A stretch of DNA of 64,000 nt from Candidatus Latescibacterota bacterium (GCA_965208125.1 OZ242320.1:320001-384000); one strand, 5' to 3'. Counted from the stretch's first letter, positions 28,914 to 38,689 are shown. Notes: generated from the sequence alone by a model not told the origin. Translations and numbers: made by a program.

Positions 28914-29945
28914 ATGGCATCTCCAGTACTTCAAGATAGCATGGGCACTAAGGCATTGCCAGGCGCGACCGATTTGAAACGCGCACTCGTCGATATTTTA
29001 TATCGCAGGCAGTTTGGTGCATTGCTAATTTTTGGCATTGATCCCCTCAATCGGGCACCCGGGGACAATATGGGACAGGTGCTTAAAGTGCTAAATTCCA
29101 TTGTTATTTCCGCCCCCGAAAGCTTTCACATTGCAAAGAACAAAATCGCCGTGCTTTTTGATGCCGATGATGCATGTGTGCATGAAATCCCATCATCTCT
29201 GCCTGCCGTGATTGCCGAGCAAACAGGACACCGCGTATCTTGCGGTGGTATTAAAATCTCGAGCGAAGATTATGGCCTGCATCCCCAAATGTCCGAGATG
29301 ATTTTCTCCACTGCCCAATGCGTACTCGCCCGGGCGCAACAACACACAATCCCGCATGTAGTCTGGTTGACCGAGAAATCCGCAGAGGATATATTATATC
29401 TAACAGATATTTCCCTGAACTTTTTTCGAGAAATTGCGCGTATCAACGCCGCGCGAGTGCAAAGAATGACATTGGAATCGCGCACAGATTTTTTGACTGG
29501 TCTTTACAATCGGCGCGGTTTTGAAGCAGTATTTACACGTATGGTGCGACGCGCAATGCGCAATGGAAAGCCCCTCGCGCTCTACTACATAGATTCCGAT
29601 TCGCTCAAAGCGATTAACGACAGCAAAGGGCACGATGCGGGCGACCGATTTATTGTAGATTTGGCGCAAGTATTGAACGACATGCTGCGCGGATCGGATT
29701 TGTTATCGCGGTGGGCGGGAGATGAATTTGCTGCGGTGGTTGAAAATACGTCGCGAGCGCGTGCTTATGCGATAGCTCGCCGTTTGAACCGGGCCGTTGA
29801 TGAACGCACAGAAGGCACGATATCCATTGGGGTTTATCACGGCGTACCCAAATCAATGGAAGACGCGTTCAGAAAAGCAGATACTGCCCTTTACCGCGTA
29901 AAAAACCGCGGGAAAAATGATATTGAATTAGCCGATCCGGTTTAG
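28914..29945 (+). CDS. GGDEF-domain protein (AGDEF variant) with a probable degenerate N-terminal GGDEF-like domain
   Basis: DFLTGLYNRR, INDSKGHDAGD, I-site RGSD, RWAGDEF, ADTALY. Confidence 0.8.
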   Translation: MASPVLQDSMGTKALPGATDLKRALVDILYRRQFGALLIFGIDPLNRAPGDNMGQVLKVLNSIVISAPESFHIAKNKIAVLFDADDACVHEIPSSLPAVIAEQTGHRVSCGGIKISSEDYGLHPQMSEMIFSTAQCVLARAQQHTIPHVVWLTEKSAEDILYLTDISLNFFREIARINAARVQRMTLESRTDFLTGLYNRRGFEAVFTRMVRRAMRNGKPLALYYIDSDSLKAINDSKGHDAGDRFIVDLAQVLNDMLRGSDLLSRWAGDEFAAVVENTSRARAYAIARRLNRAVDERTEGTISIGVYHGVPKSMEDAFRKADTALYRVKNRGKNDIELADPV

Positions 29946-30027
29946 AAACCCGGAATAGGTTTGCGTCGTCGTATTAAAAGCCGACAGGTTGACATTGCAA
30001 TTTTGGGTCATAAGCCCGTACCCATCC

Positions 30028-30053
30028 GTAGGGGCGGGTTTCCTAACCCGCCC
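30028..30053 (+). repeat. GTAG-type REP-like palindrome
   Basis: GTAG followed by the perfect 9-bp stem GGGCGGGTT-TCCT-AACCCGCCC. Confidence 0.65.
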
Positions 30054-30085
30054 ACTCACATTGCGTATTTTTAAGGAGAAGTACG

Positions 30086-30628
30086 ATGCCAAAAAAGAAA
30101 CGCTATGGAATGAATAAATACCAGAAAAGAGCAAAGAAAGTAGGCGAACTTCGGTTGCGGCGGGAAGATATTCCCCATTATCTCGCACTGGCAGAGAGCG
30201 ACGATCCAGCAGACCGACACGAAGCCGCCGCCAACTTGTGTCCGTGCCATGTTCGGCATCCCGTTCCCGAAATACAGACCGCGCTATTCAAGCTCATGGA
30301 AGACCCCGATCCAAACGTGCGCGCCCGCGCCTGGCACACGCTGGAAGATGGTGGAGTACCCGACGACCCGAGAATGGATGAAATTTTTGAACGCACCCGT
30401 CAAAATGAAACCGATAAGACAGTCCTGAACTTTATGCGACAGGTGCAAAACGAAAATTACGCGCACAAAGAACGCACCATGCTCAGAGTCGCAGTTCAAT
30501 CGGAATACGATCAGACTGGCCGATGCGATTTTTGTGGAACAACCGGCAGGGTAAAAACAGATTTTGACACCGAAATACCCGATGGCGGGCAGATGCGCTT
30601 TGCATTGGTATGCGAAGACTGTGGATAA
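30086..30628 (+). CDS. HEAT-repeat protein with a CPCH motif and a C-terminal CxxC...CxxC zinc ribbon
   Basis: AAGGAG RBS; EDPDPNVRARA HEAT-like repeat; LCPCHV; CDFC...CEDC. Confidence 0.7.
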   Translation: MPKKKRYGMNKYQKRAKKVGELRLRREDIPHYLALAESDDPADRHEAAANLCPCHVRHPVPEIQTALFKLMEDPDPNVRARAWHTLEDGGVPDDPRMDEIFERTRQNETDKTVLNFMRQVQNENYAHKERTMLRVAVQSEYDQTGRCDFCGTTGRVKTDFDTEIPDGGQMRFALVCEDCG

Positions 30629-30655
30629 GATGTGAAATGTGAAAGGGGTTTTTTT

Positions 30656-30910
30656 ATGCTAGAAAGACAACCAGAGATTGAGTATCCGTGTTCATGGAAT
30701 TTTAAGATCATTGGCCGCGAAGAAGAACACATGCGTCGGGCGATTGCCGAAATTGTGGGCGATAGCGATTATACCCTGACCTTTTCAAATCAGAGCAGGC
30801 ATGGGAAGTATCGCAGCTTAAACCTCGATATGGTCGTCCTCGACGAATCCCACCGCCTCAATATCTATGAGGCACTCAGGCATCATCGCAGTATTCAAAT
30901 TGTGCTTTGA
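30656..30910 (+). CDS. DUF493 (YbeD/HP0495-like) protein
   Basis: IEYPCSWNFKIIG, SRHGKYRSLNL. Confidence 0.8.
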   Translation: MLERQPEIEYPCSWNFKIIGREEEHMRRAIAEIVGDSDYTLTFSNQSRHGKYRSLNLDMVVLDESHRLNIYEALRHHRSIQIVL

Positions 30911-30996
30911 ATCCGCCATTCCTTCCTATTTTACCTTGACAATCCACGCCATTTCTTGCACTATTTACGGCTTGCGATCTTGCTTATTACGGCACT

Positions 30997-31080
30997 ATCG
31001 GGGTGTACTTTGGGCAGACTCCAGAATTTTGGATGAACGCTCAGAAAACGTATGAACTATCAGGTGCCGAGGCGAGTTAG
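30997..31080 (+). pseudogene. higA: C-terminal remnant of a HigA-family antitoxin
   Basis: Translates IGVYFGQTPEFWMNAQKTYELSGAEAS*. Upstream in-frame TGA at 30937, no start codon before the motif and no HTH domain. Confidence 0.6.
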
Positions 31081-31186
31081 TCAGTGACCGATTGCCTTGG
31101 GGTATCCAATATCCAAGCGATATTATACTCTTACGATATTTGGTGAATGGTAGTTTGCCCTTAACGCCATCTATAGGGAGAACGAA

Positions 31187-31429
31187 ATGGGCGCATCGAG
31201 AATAACCATAACGCTGGATGAAGGGTTGCTCAAACGCCTTGACCATCTCGTGCAGGCGGTACCTTATTCAAGTCGTAGCCGGGCGATTCAAGAGGCAGTT
31301 GAGGACAAGCTCAGACAGGCGAACAGGGATGACTTTGAAAGGGAACTCGTCAAGTTAGATCCGCAATTTGAGCAGGAGATGGCCGATGAAGGGTTATGCG
31401 AGGATGTGCGGGAATGGCCCGAATACTGA
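31187..31429 (+). CDS. CopG/RHH antitoxin (mazF-associated type)
   Basis: RITITLDEGLLKRLD, SRSRAIQEAV, acidic tail ending EWPEY; GGGAG RBS. Confidence 0.8.
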   Translation: MGASRITITLDEGLLKRLDHLVQAVPYSSRSRAIQEAVEDKLRQANRDDFERELVKLDPQFEQEMADEGLCEDVREWPEY

Positions 31430-31494
31430 GAGGCGATATTGTTTGGCTCGATCGTATAGTTGACGGCCTTAACCAATTAATCACGGCGCAATGA
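31414..31494 (+). pseudogene. mazF: MazF/PemK toxin with a large in-frame internal deletion
   Basis: MARILRGDIVWLD|RIVDGLNQLITAQ*: a MazF-like N-terminus joined directly to a MazF-like terminal helix; overlaps the antitoxin stop. Confidence 0.7.
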
Positions 31495-31524
31495 TGAAAA
31501 AGTCCCCGTCTTTTAGGGTTTCCT

Positions 31525-31788
31525 ATGTACAATTTTAACTTTAGTGTGCAGAATATTGAAGATGGTCAGGGCCTGGGCATCGCGCTGACCGGAATGATCA
31601 TTGTATTCAGCGTTTTGACATTGATCAGCGTATTTATTGTATTATTGCCCAAAATATTGGCTGTTGTTGCAAAAAAATTTCCCGAATCTGCGGGCCATCA
31701 TGGTGTACCCGTACAGGCTGAAGACGATAGCACTGCACTGGCCGCAATCGGTTATGTCATGCACATGAGGCGCACGGGTAAAACCTGA
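31525..31788 (+). CDS. oadG: Na+-translocating decarboxylase gamma subunit
   Basis: IALTGMIIVFSVL single TM, C-terminal LAAIG; adjacent to oadB. Confidence 0.8.
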   Translation: MYNFNFSVQNIEDGQGLGIALTGMIIVFSVLTLISVFIVLLPKILAVVAKKFPESAGHHGVPVQAEDDSTALAAIGYVMHMRRTGKT

Positions 31789-31820
31789 CGCGACTGATCA
31801 CAAGATTTTTCAGGTAACGA

Positions 31821-32948
31821 ATGGATATATTTTACGACTTTTTACATACAACTGGATTTGCCAACTTGAGTTGGGGCAATGTCATTATGATCGCAATCGG
31901 CATTGTGTTTATCCACCTGGCGATCACCAGAGATTACGAACCCCTGTTGTTGCTGCCAATTGGTTTTGGCATGATCGTGGGAAACATCCCCGCTATTCCG
32001 AGCATGGCCCTCGGCGTTTACGACGAGGGCAGTGTATTGCGCTATATTTACTTTGGGGTGACATCGGGCCTGTTTCCGCCGCTGATTTTTCTGGGAATTG
32101 GCGCAATGACCGATTTTTCGACACTCCTATCCAATCCCAAACTGGTACTATTAGGCGCAGCGGCGCAAATGGGCATATTCCTGACCTTGATCGGTGCGCT
32201 CTATCTGGGATTTTCACCATCTGAATCTGGAGCCATCGGAATCATTGGCGGTGCTGATGGACCCACGGCGATTTTCTTATCGGCCAAGTTAGCGCCTCAT
32301 CTTTTGGGCGCAATCGCCATCGCCGCGTATTCGTACATGGCACTCGTTCCGGTAATTCAGCCGCCGGTTATGAAGCTATTGACCTCCAGACGCGAGCGCC
32401 TGATTCGCATGCCCGAACCGCGCAAACCATCCAAGCGGGAACGCATCATTTTTCCGATCGCTGGCTTCTTGATTGCAACCTTAATAGCACCGGGCGCATT
32501 GACCCTGCTGGGCATGTTGTTCTTCGGCAACTTGCTAAAAGAAAGCATGGTCACAGACCGATTGGCAGAGTCCGCACGCACGGCAATGGTCGATATCGTG
32601 ACAATCCTGCTCGGTTTCTCTGTGGGCGCCAGCACAGAGGCCCAGACATTCTTGACCTCTGATTCGCTTTTGATTTTTGGCCTGGGCGCGCTATCTTTTG
32701 CAGTGGCTACAGCCAGTGGTGTCCTGTTTGCGAAGTTGATGAACGTGTTGACAAAAGAAAAAATCAATCCCCTCGTAGGTGCCGCAGGCGTATCGGCAGT
32801 ACCCGATTCTGCGCGCGTCGTGCAGATGGTGGGCCAACAAGAAGACGCACATAATTTCTTATTAATGCACGCTATGGCACCCAATGTGGCTGGCGTGATC
32901 GGCTCAGCCGTTGCTGCGGGGATCTTGTGGTCGGTACTGGTTCAGTAG
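31821..32948 (+). CDS. oadB: Na+-translocating decarboxylase beta subunit
   Basis: YEPLLLLPIGFG, GIIGGADGPTAI, AYSYMALVP, GVSAVP, PNVAGVIGS. Confidence 0.95.
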   Translation: MDIFYDFLHTTGFANLSWGNVIMIAIGIVFIHLAITRDYEPLLLLPIGFGMIVGNIPAIPSMALGVYDEGSVLRYIYFGVTSGLFPPLIFLGIGAMTDFSTLLSNPKLVLLGAAAQMGIFLTLIGALYLGFSPSESGAIGIIGGADGPTAIFLSAKLAPHLLGAIAIAAYSYMALVPVIQPPVMKLLTSRRERLIRMPEPRKPSKRERIIFPIAGFLIATLIAPGALTLLGMLFFGNLLKESMVTDRLAESARTAMVDIVTILLGFSVGASTEAQTFLTSDSLLIFGLGALSFAVATASGVLFAKLMNVLTKEKINPLVGAAGVSAVPDSARVVQMVGQQEDAHNFLLMHAMAPNVAGVIGSAVAAGILWSVLVQ

Positions 32949-32976
32949 GCTCTGTATTTGGCGAAGGATTTTAATT

Positions 32977-34767
32977 ATGGCAAAGAAAAAAGTAATATTT
33001 ATGAATACAGCATTTCGCGATGGCTTCCAGTCCGTTTATGGCGCGCGCGTGTTCACGCCCGACTTTTTACCTGCGATAGAAGCCGCACGCGAAGCGGGAA
33101 TTGATTATTATGAAGCCGGTGGCGGGGCGCGCTTTCAATCCCTGTACTTTTATTGCAACGAAGATGCGTTTGCAATGACCGATGCCTTCCGAGAAACTGC
33201 AGGACCAGAGGCCAATTTACAGACCCTGGCGCGCGGCGTGAATGTAGTCGGATTGGAATCGCAGTCGAGCGACATCATCAAGCTGCACGCCGAATTGTTC
33301 AAAAAACACGGCATCACGACCATTCGCAATTTTGACGCCCTCAACGACGTCAACAATTTGATCTACAGCGGGCAATGCATCGCAGAAGCGGGATTGCACC
33401 ACCAGGTATGCGTGACATTGATGGAATTGCCCCCCGGCTGCACTGGCGCACACGACGCGGATTTTTATGAACAAACACTTCGCGAAATTTTAGATGCCGA
33501 TATTCCATATCACTCGGTGTGTTTCAAAGATGCCTCGGGCACGGCAGTGCCTGCAAAAGTATATGAAACCATTAGACGGGCGCGCCAACTGCTGCCCGAC
33601 GGTACATTTATTCACTTTCACACCCATGAAACGGCCGGAATCAGCGTACAGGCCAATCTGGCTGCACTGGAAGCGGGAGCCGATGCCATTGACCTGTCGC
33701 TGGCACCGTGTTCAGGGGGCACCTGCCAGCCCGATATCCTGGTCATGTGGCACGCGCTTCGCGGCACAAATTACGACCTGGATATCGATATAGAGAAAGT
33801 CCGCGACGCCGAGGAAGTGTTTAAAGAATGCATGGCGGATTACTTTTTGCCACCAGAAGCCACGGCAGTTGAACCCATGATCCCTTGGAGCCCAATGCCG
33901 GGCGGCGCGCTCACGGCCAATACGCAGATGTTGCGCGACAATGGCATCATGGACAAATATCCCGACATGATCAAAGCCATGGGCGACGTAGTCGCACGAG
34001 GTGGTTTTGGCACATCTGTCACACCCGTATCGCAATTCTATTTTCAACAGGCATTTAACAACGTGATGTTTGGCCCGTGGGAAAGAATCGCCGAACCTTA
34101 TGGGCAGATGGTACTCGGCTATTTTGGCAAAACCCCTGTGCCACCCGACCCCGATGTTGTGAAAATCGCGTCAAATCAGTTGGGACTTGAACCCACAGAC
34201 CAGCCGCCTCTGGAACGCAATGATGCCGATTCCGAAAAGGGAAGAGAAGCCGCGAAGAAACTGTTGGACGCCGAGGGAATTGAGGCGACAGATGAGCACG
34301 TCTTTATCGTAGCGACATGCGGCGATAAGGGAATGGATTTTTTAAAGGGCGATGCCGAAATTGGCGTGCGGAAAATCGAAAAGCAGGATGACGCACCCGT
34401 ACCAGTTGCCGACGGCGCAGCAGAATATAAGCTACAGATCAATGGCAAATCTGTGCGCGTACAAATTGACGGCAATATCGCCACCGTAAATGGCACAGCT
34501 TATACAGTGGATATAGAAGATACGGTATCTACACAGGCATCAACACCCGCCAATGCCGAATCCGTAAGCGCGCAAATGCCCGGAAAAGTCATTCGGATTT
34601 TAAAACACGCAGGGGATCAAGTCCAGGCGGGCGAAGCGATCCTCATTCTGGAAGCCATGAAAATGGAAGTCCAGATCACCTCTCCAAATGCGGGCACAGT
34701 CGTCGAAATGCCCGTCAATGTAGGCGATCAAGTATCCAATGGTCAGACGCTTGCGATGGTGGAATAA
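32977..34767 (+). CDS. oadA: Oxaloacetate decarboxylase alpha subunit (carboxyltransferase plus biotinyl domain)
   Basis: RDGFQS, FDALND, FKDASG, HTHET, VTPVSQ, EAMKME biotin site; ATG at 32977. Confidence 0.85.
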   Translation: MAKKKVIFMNTAFRDGFQSVYGARVFTPDFLPAIEAAREAGIDYYEAGGGARFQSLYFYCNEDAFAMTDAFRETAGPEANLQTLARGVNVVGLESQSSDIIKLHAELFKKHGITTIRNFDALNDVNNLIYSGQCIAEAGLHHQVCVTLMELPPGCTGAHDADFYEQTLREILDADIPYHSVCFKDASGTAVPAKVYETIRRARQLLPDGTFIHFHTHETAGISVQANLAALEAGADAIDLSLAPCSGGTCQPDILVMWHALRGTNYDLDIDIEKVRDAEEVFKECMADYFLPPEATAVEPMIPWSPMPGGALTANTQMLRDNGIMDKYPDMIKAMGDVVARGGFGTSVTPVSQFYFQQAFNNVMFGPWERIAEPYGQMVLGYFGKTPVPPDPDVVKIASNQLGLEPTDQPPLERNDADSEKGREAAKKLLDAEGIEATDEHVFIVATCGDKGMDFLKGDAEIGVRKIEKQDDAPVPVADGAAEYKLQINGKSVRVQIDGNIATVNGTAYTVDIEDTVSTQASTPANAESVSAQMPGKVIRILKHAGDQVQAGEAILILEAMKMEVQITSPNAGTVVEMPVNVGDQVSNGQTLAMVE

Positions 34768-34823
34768 AAAGAAGTATGAAGTGTGAAGTCCGCCCCCAGC
34801 CCTAATTCTTAATTTTTAATTCT
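34768..34823 (+). repeat. Composite heptamer repeat between convergent oadA and birA
   Basis: AAAGAAG TATGAAG TGTGAAG, a 14-nt C-rich spacer, then TAATTCT TAATTTT TAATTCT. Confidence 0.65.
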
Positions 34824-35566
34824 CAAACCGCCGCGACATCGCCTGCCCAAATCTCACTCACCCGACCGTCTGACCCGCGCAACAAAAGCTGGCCGCAGTC
34901 GCCAAATCCCGCGAGAACGCCCGTTTTCACATCATCGCCTTCGCCAACCGAGACCTCCTCACCGAGATAAACACAGCGATTCTCCCATGCTATGCGGAGA
35001 GTTGAAAAACCCTCGCTTTCCCAGCGATCAATCCACGGAGCAGTGGATGAGAGCACTTGTTCGAGCACTTGTTCGAGACCGTATTCGCGTCCCGTCTCAA
35101 GACGCATAGAAGTGACGGGACGGTCAATAAGAGCCGCGGTCGTCGCATCCATGTTCACGTTGAGACCAATACCAACGACAATTGCCGTGCCATCGGGCTG
35201 TTTTTGGTCGCTGCGCTCGAGAAGCATACCGCAAATTTTGGCGCGATCAATCAAAACATCGTTGGGCCACTTGGTGCGCGTACTTATGCCATAAGTTTTC
35301 AGCGCGTCGGATACGCCCAGAGCAATGGCAATGGGAAGAGAGGTCAGTTGGGAAAACGCGGCTCTTGTAATGAGAAGAAAGGAAAACGTCAGATTCTCAT
35401 TGGCCTGCGCGATCCATTGACGCTGATAACGTCCCCGCCCAGCGGTTTGCTCCCGTGCAGCGATGACAAAGCCAGAGGAAAGCCTCTCACCTTTTGAGAG
35501 ACGCTGAAGAAGGTGCGTATTGGTCGAAGCGATTTGATCGTGCCATTCGGGCTGTAGAAAATTCAT
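34823..35566 (-). CDS. birA: Biotin-protein ligase (no HTH domain)
   Basis: STN, QTAGRGR, KWPNDV, KICGML, GIGLNVN. Confidence 0.9.
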   Translation of the reverse strand: MNFLQPEWHDQIASTNTHLLQRLSKGERLSSGFVIAAREQTAGRGRYQRQWIAQANENLTFSFLLITRAAFSQLTSLPIAIALGVSDALKTYGISTRTKWPNDVLIDRAKICGMLLERSDQKQPDGTAIVVGIGLNVNMDATTAALIDRPVTSMRLETGREYGLEQVLEQVLSSTAPWIDRWESEGFSTLRIAWENRCVYLGEEVSVGEGDDVKTGVLAGFGDCGQLLLRGSDGRVSEIWAGDVAAV

Positions 35567-35640
35567 ATAATAAAACCTGATATCGTATGCTCAAGTCTAT
35601 CTCATAGGACAGAACCCGTATATCTCCTCACCACCGTATC

Positions 35641-35669
35641 TTGACAACAGAATGGAAATACCACATACT
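35641..35669 (+). promoter_or_regulatory. Sigma70-type promoter of the yej operon
   Basis: TTGACA-17 nt-CATACT. Confidence 0.65.
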
Positions 35670-35674
35670 TCACA

Positions 35675-35712
35675 AGGGCAGACGTAGAGGCGAATCTGTG
35701 AGTCTGCCCTCT
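35675..35712 (+). repeat. REP-like hairpin in the yejA leader
   Basis: AGGGCAGAC...GTCTGCCCT inverted repeat enclosing GTAGAGGC. Confidence 0.5.
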
Positions 35713-35744
35713 TTCTTGAACATTCTAACAACAGGAGCCTGCTC

Positions 35745-37577
35745 ATGAAAACTATTTTATTCGCGCTGGTATTGAGTTTGTTGGTTGTCGCAATGCCATT
35801 GGCAGATCAGCCCAATTACAAAGGGCATGCGATTTCGATGTATGGCGACTTGAAATACGGACCTGACTTCAAGCATTTTGAGTACGCCAACCCCAATGCG
35901 CCCAAGGGCGGTACCGTGAAAATGAGTGCCAGTGGCACCTATGATTCCATGAATCAATTCATCCTAAAAGGTGTGTGGGCTTATGGATTGGGGTTGATCT
36001 ACGATTCATTGACAGAGCGCTCACTGGATGAGCCTTTCTCCGAATACGGTTTGCTCGCAGAGTCGATAGAAGTGCCTCCTGATCGTTCATGGGCACTCTT
36101 CACATTGCGCTCTGACGCGCGATGGCACGACGGCAAACCCATTACCTCGGAAGATGTCGTTTTTACTTTTCAAACGATTCAAACCAAAGGTAGCCCCAGA
36201 TATCGCAATTATTATGCAGATATCAAACAGGTTGAAAAGGTAGGCGAGCACCAGATAAAATTCACATTTGGAGGAAAGGACAATCGGGAATTGCCCCTTA
36301 TTGTCGGGCAAATGGCGATCTTGCCCAAACACTATTGGGAAGGCAAAAATTTTGAAGAAACAACACTGGAACCGCCCCTCGGCAGCGGACCTTACAAAAT
36401 TGAATCATACGATCCCGGGCGTTCGATCACATATCGGCGCGTCGAAAATTATTGGGGCGCGAATTTGCCCTTGAACAAAGGACGTTATAATCCAGACGTC
36501 ATTCACTACGATTATTACAAAGACAGGACCGTAGCAACCGAAGCACAAAAAGGCGGCGAATTTGATTTTACCTTGCAAAACACCTCCAAATCGTGGGCAA
36601 CCGCGTACGATATTCCGGCTGTAGCCGAAGGCAGATTGATAAAGGAATTAATCCCGCACGAAAATGGCACCGGGATGCAGGGATTCTGGTTTAACACGCG
36701 ACGCAGCAAATTTGCCGATCCCAAGGTGCGGCACGCACTGGCTCATGCATTTGATTTTGAGTGGACCAATACCAATCTTTTTTACGGGCAATACGCGCGT
36801 TCAACGAGTTATTTTTCCAACACAGAACTCGCCTCGTCGGGACTGCCCCAGGGGCGGGAACTCGAAATATTAGAAGCATTTCGCGGACAGATACCCGAGG
36901 AAGTATTTACCACAGAATACAAACCACCCACAACAGATGGATCGGGTAACATCCGCCAGAACTTGCGCGTCGGCGCGCGGATGTTGAAAGCAGCCGGTTG
37001 GTCCATAAAAGAAGGGAAACTCATCAACGATGCATCGGGCGAGACAATGATAATTGAATTTTTAATCAACAACTCGCCTGCCTGGGAGCGCATTGTAGGA
37101 CCGTACATTCAAAACCTGGAGCGACTCGGCGTGGAAGCGACAATTAAAATTGTAGATACATCGCAATATCAAAATCGCATTCAAGAATACGATTTTGATG
37201 CTATTGTAAGCCTCAGGGCACAGTCGTTAAGCCCCGGCAACGAACAGCGCTATTACTGGACATCGGCGTCTGCGGATGAATCAGGCACGAGAAATTATGC
37301 GGGCATTAAAGACCCCGTCGTAGATGCGCTGGTAGATCAGTTGATCAACGCACCCGATAGAAAAACCCTGGTGGCGACCACCCGAGCACTGGATCGCGTC
37401 CTCCTGTGGGGTCACTACGTAGTGCCGCACTGGCATATTCGCGCACACCGCGTGGTATATTGGAACAAATTTGGCAAACCCGATATTTCGCCCAAATACC
37501 TGCCGCAACCCGGGCAATATTTCCCCAATACGTGGTGGGTTGATGCTGCAAAAGAAGAGGCCTTAAAGAAAAATTAG
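35745..37577 (+). CDS. yejA: Peptide ABC transporter substrate-binding protein (YejA-like)
   Basis: Signal peptide; [39 protein letters not shown]. Confidence 0.85.
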   Translation: MKTILFALVLSLLVVAMPLADQPNYKGHAISMYGDLKYGPDFKHFEYANPNAPKGGTVKMSASGTYDSMNQFILKGVWAYGLGLIYDSLTERSLDEPFSEYGLLAESIEVPPDRSWALFTLRSDARWHDGKPITSEDVVFTFQTIQTKGSPRYRNYYADIKQVEKVGEHQIKFTFGGKDNRELPLIVGQMAILPKHYWEGKNFEETTLEPPLGSGPYKIESYDPGRSITYRRVENYWGANLPLNKGRYNPDVIHYDYYKDRTVATEAQKGGEFDFTLQNTSKSWATAYDIPAVAEGRLIKELIPHENGTGMQGFWFNTRRSKFADPKVRHALAHAFDFEWTNTNLFYGQYARSTSYFSNTELASSGLPQGRELEILEAFRGQIPEEVFTTEYKPPTTDGSGNIRQNLRVGARMLKAAGWSIKEGKLINDASGETMIIEFLINNSPAWERIVGPYIQNLERLGVEATIKIVDTSQYQNRIQEYDFDAIVSLRAQSLSPGNEQRYYWTSASADESGTRNYAGIKDPVVDALVDQLINAPDRKTLVATTRALDRVLLWGHYVVPHWHIRAHRVVYWNKFGKPDISPKYLPQPGQYFPNTWWVDAAKEEALKKN

Positions 37578-37582
37578 GTGTC

Positions 37583-38689
37583 ATGGGATCCTATATTTTA
37601 AGACGCTTTTTGCTATTCTTCCCAACGCTACTCGGCGTCATGGTGATCAATTTTCTGATCATTCAAGCCGCGCCTGGCGGACCTGTTGAGCAAGCCATTG
37701 CACAGATACAGGGCCACGATGTGGATGCGTCTGCTCGCGTGGGCGGCGATGGCGGCGAACTATCCTCATCTCAAATCCAGCGACAGCGCAGTGAGGGATC
37801 GACGAGCAAATACCGCGGCGCGCAAGGGCTTGACCCCGAACTGATCGCGGAATTGGAGCGAATGTATGGCTTTGACAAACCGGCTCATGAACGCTTCTAT
37901 CAGATGATGGTGCGCTATTTGCAATTCGACTTTGGCGAGAGCTTTTATCGCGATCAAACCGTCGTCGATATTGTCCTGGACAAAATGCCCGTATCCATTT
38001 CCCTCGGCTTGTGGACGACATTACTCGTTTACCTGATCTCGATTCCACTGGGCGTAACCAAAGCCGTACGCGACGGATCCAAATTTGATATATGGACCTC
38101 GGGCGTAATCGTCATAGGCAATGCCGTGCCGGGATTTATGTTTGCGATCTTCTTAATCGTATTATTTGCAGGTGGCAGTTATTTCGACCTTTTTCCACTG
38201 CGGGGACTGACCTCCCCCGAATGGGACCAGTTTGGCCTATTTCACAAAATCACCGATTATTTCTGGCACCTCGCACTGCCCATCGCCTCCATGGTAATTG
38301 GTGGATTTGCCGGGTTGACCCTCTTGACAAAAAATTCCTTTTTGGACGAAATCAACAAACAATACGTCATGACGGCACGGGCAAAGGGATTGGAAGAGCG
38401 TCACGTATTGTACGGACACGTTTTTCGCAATGCGATGCTCATTGTGATCGCGGGGTTCCCGAGCGCATTTGTCAATATCTTGTTCACGGGTTCACTACTG
38501 ACCGAGATTATCTTTTCGCTCGATGGCCTGGGCCTCCTGGGCTATGAAGCCACAGTCAACCGCGATTACCCGATCATGTTTGCCACGCTTTACTTTTTTA
38601 CCTTGCTGGGATTGGTGATGCAATTGGTAAGTGACTTGACTTATACACTGGTAGATCCGAGGATTGATTTTGAAAGCAGAGAAGTATAG
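37583..38689 (+). CDS. yejB: Peptide ABC transporter permease
   Basis: [33 protein letters not shown]. Confidence 0.9.
   Translation: MGSYILRRFLLFFPTLLGVMVINFLIIQAAPGGPVEQAIAQIQGHDVDASARVGGDGGELSSSQIQRQRSEGSTSKYRGAQGLDPELIAELERMYGFDKPAHERFYQMMVRYLQFDFGESFYRDQTVVDIVLDKMPVSISLGLWTTLLVYLISIPLGVTKAVRDGSKFDIWTSGVIVIGNAVPGFMFAIFLIVLFAGGSYFDLFPLRGLTSPEWDQFGLFHKITDYFWHLALPIASMVIGGFAGLTLLTKNSFLDEINKQYVMTARAKGLEERHVLYGHVFRNAMLIVIAGFPSAFVNILFTGSLLTEIIFSLDGLGLLGYEATVNRDYPIMFATLYFFTLLGLVMQLVSDLTYTLVDPRIDFESREV

Noticed and set aside
30911-31186. Possible ncRNA after TTGACA at 30936
   Set aside because: No tRNA, SRP, 6S or tmRNA hallmarks; better explained by the HigA remnant.
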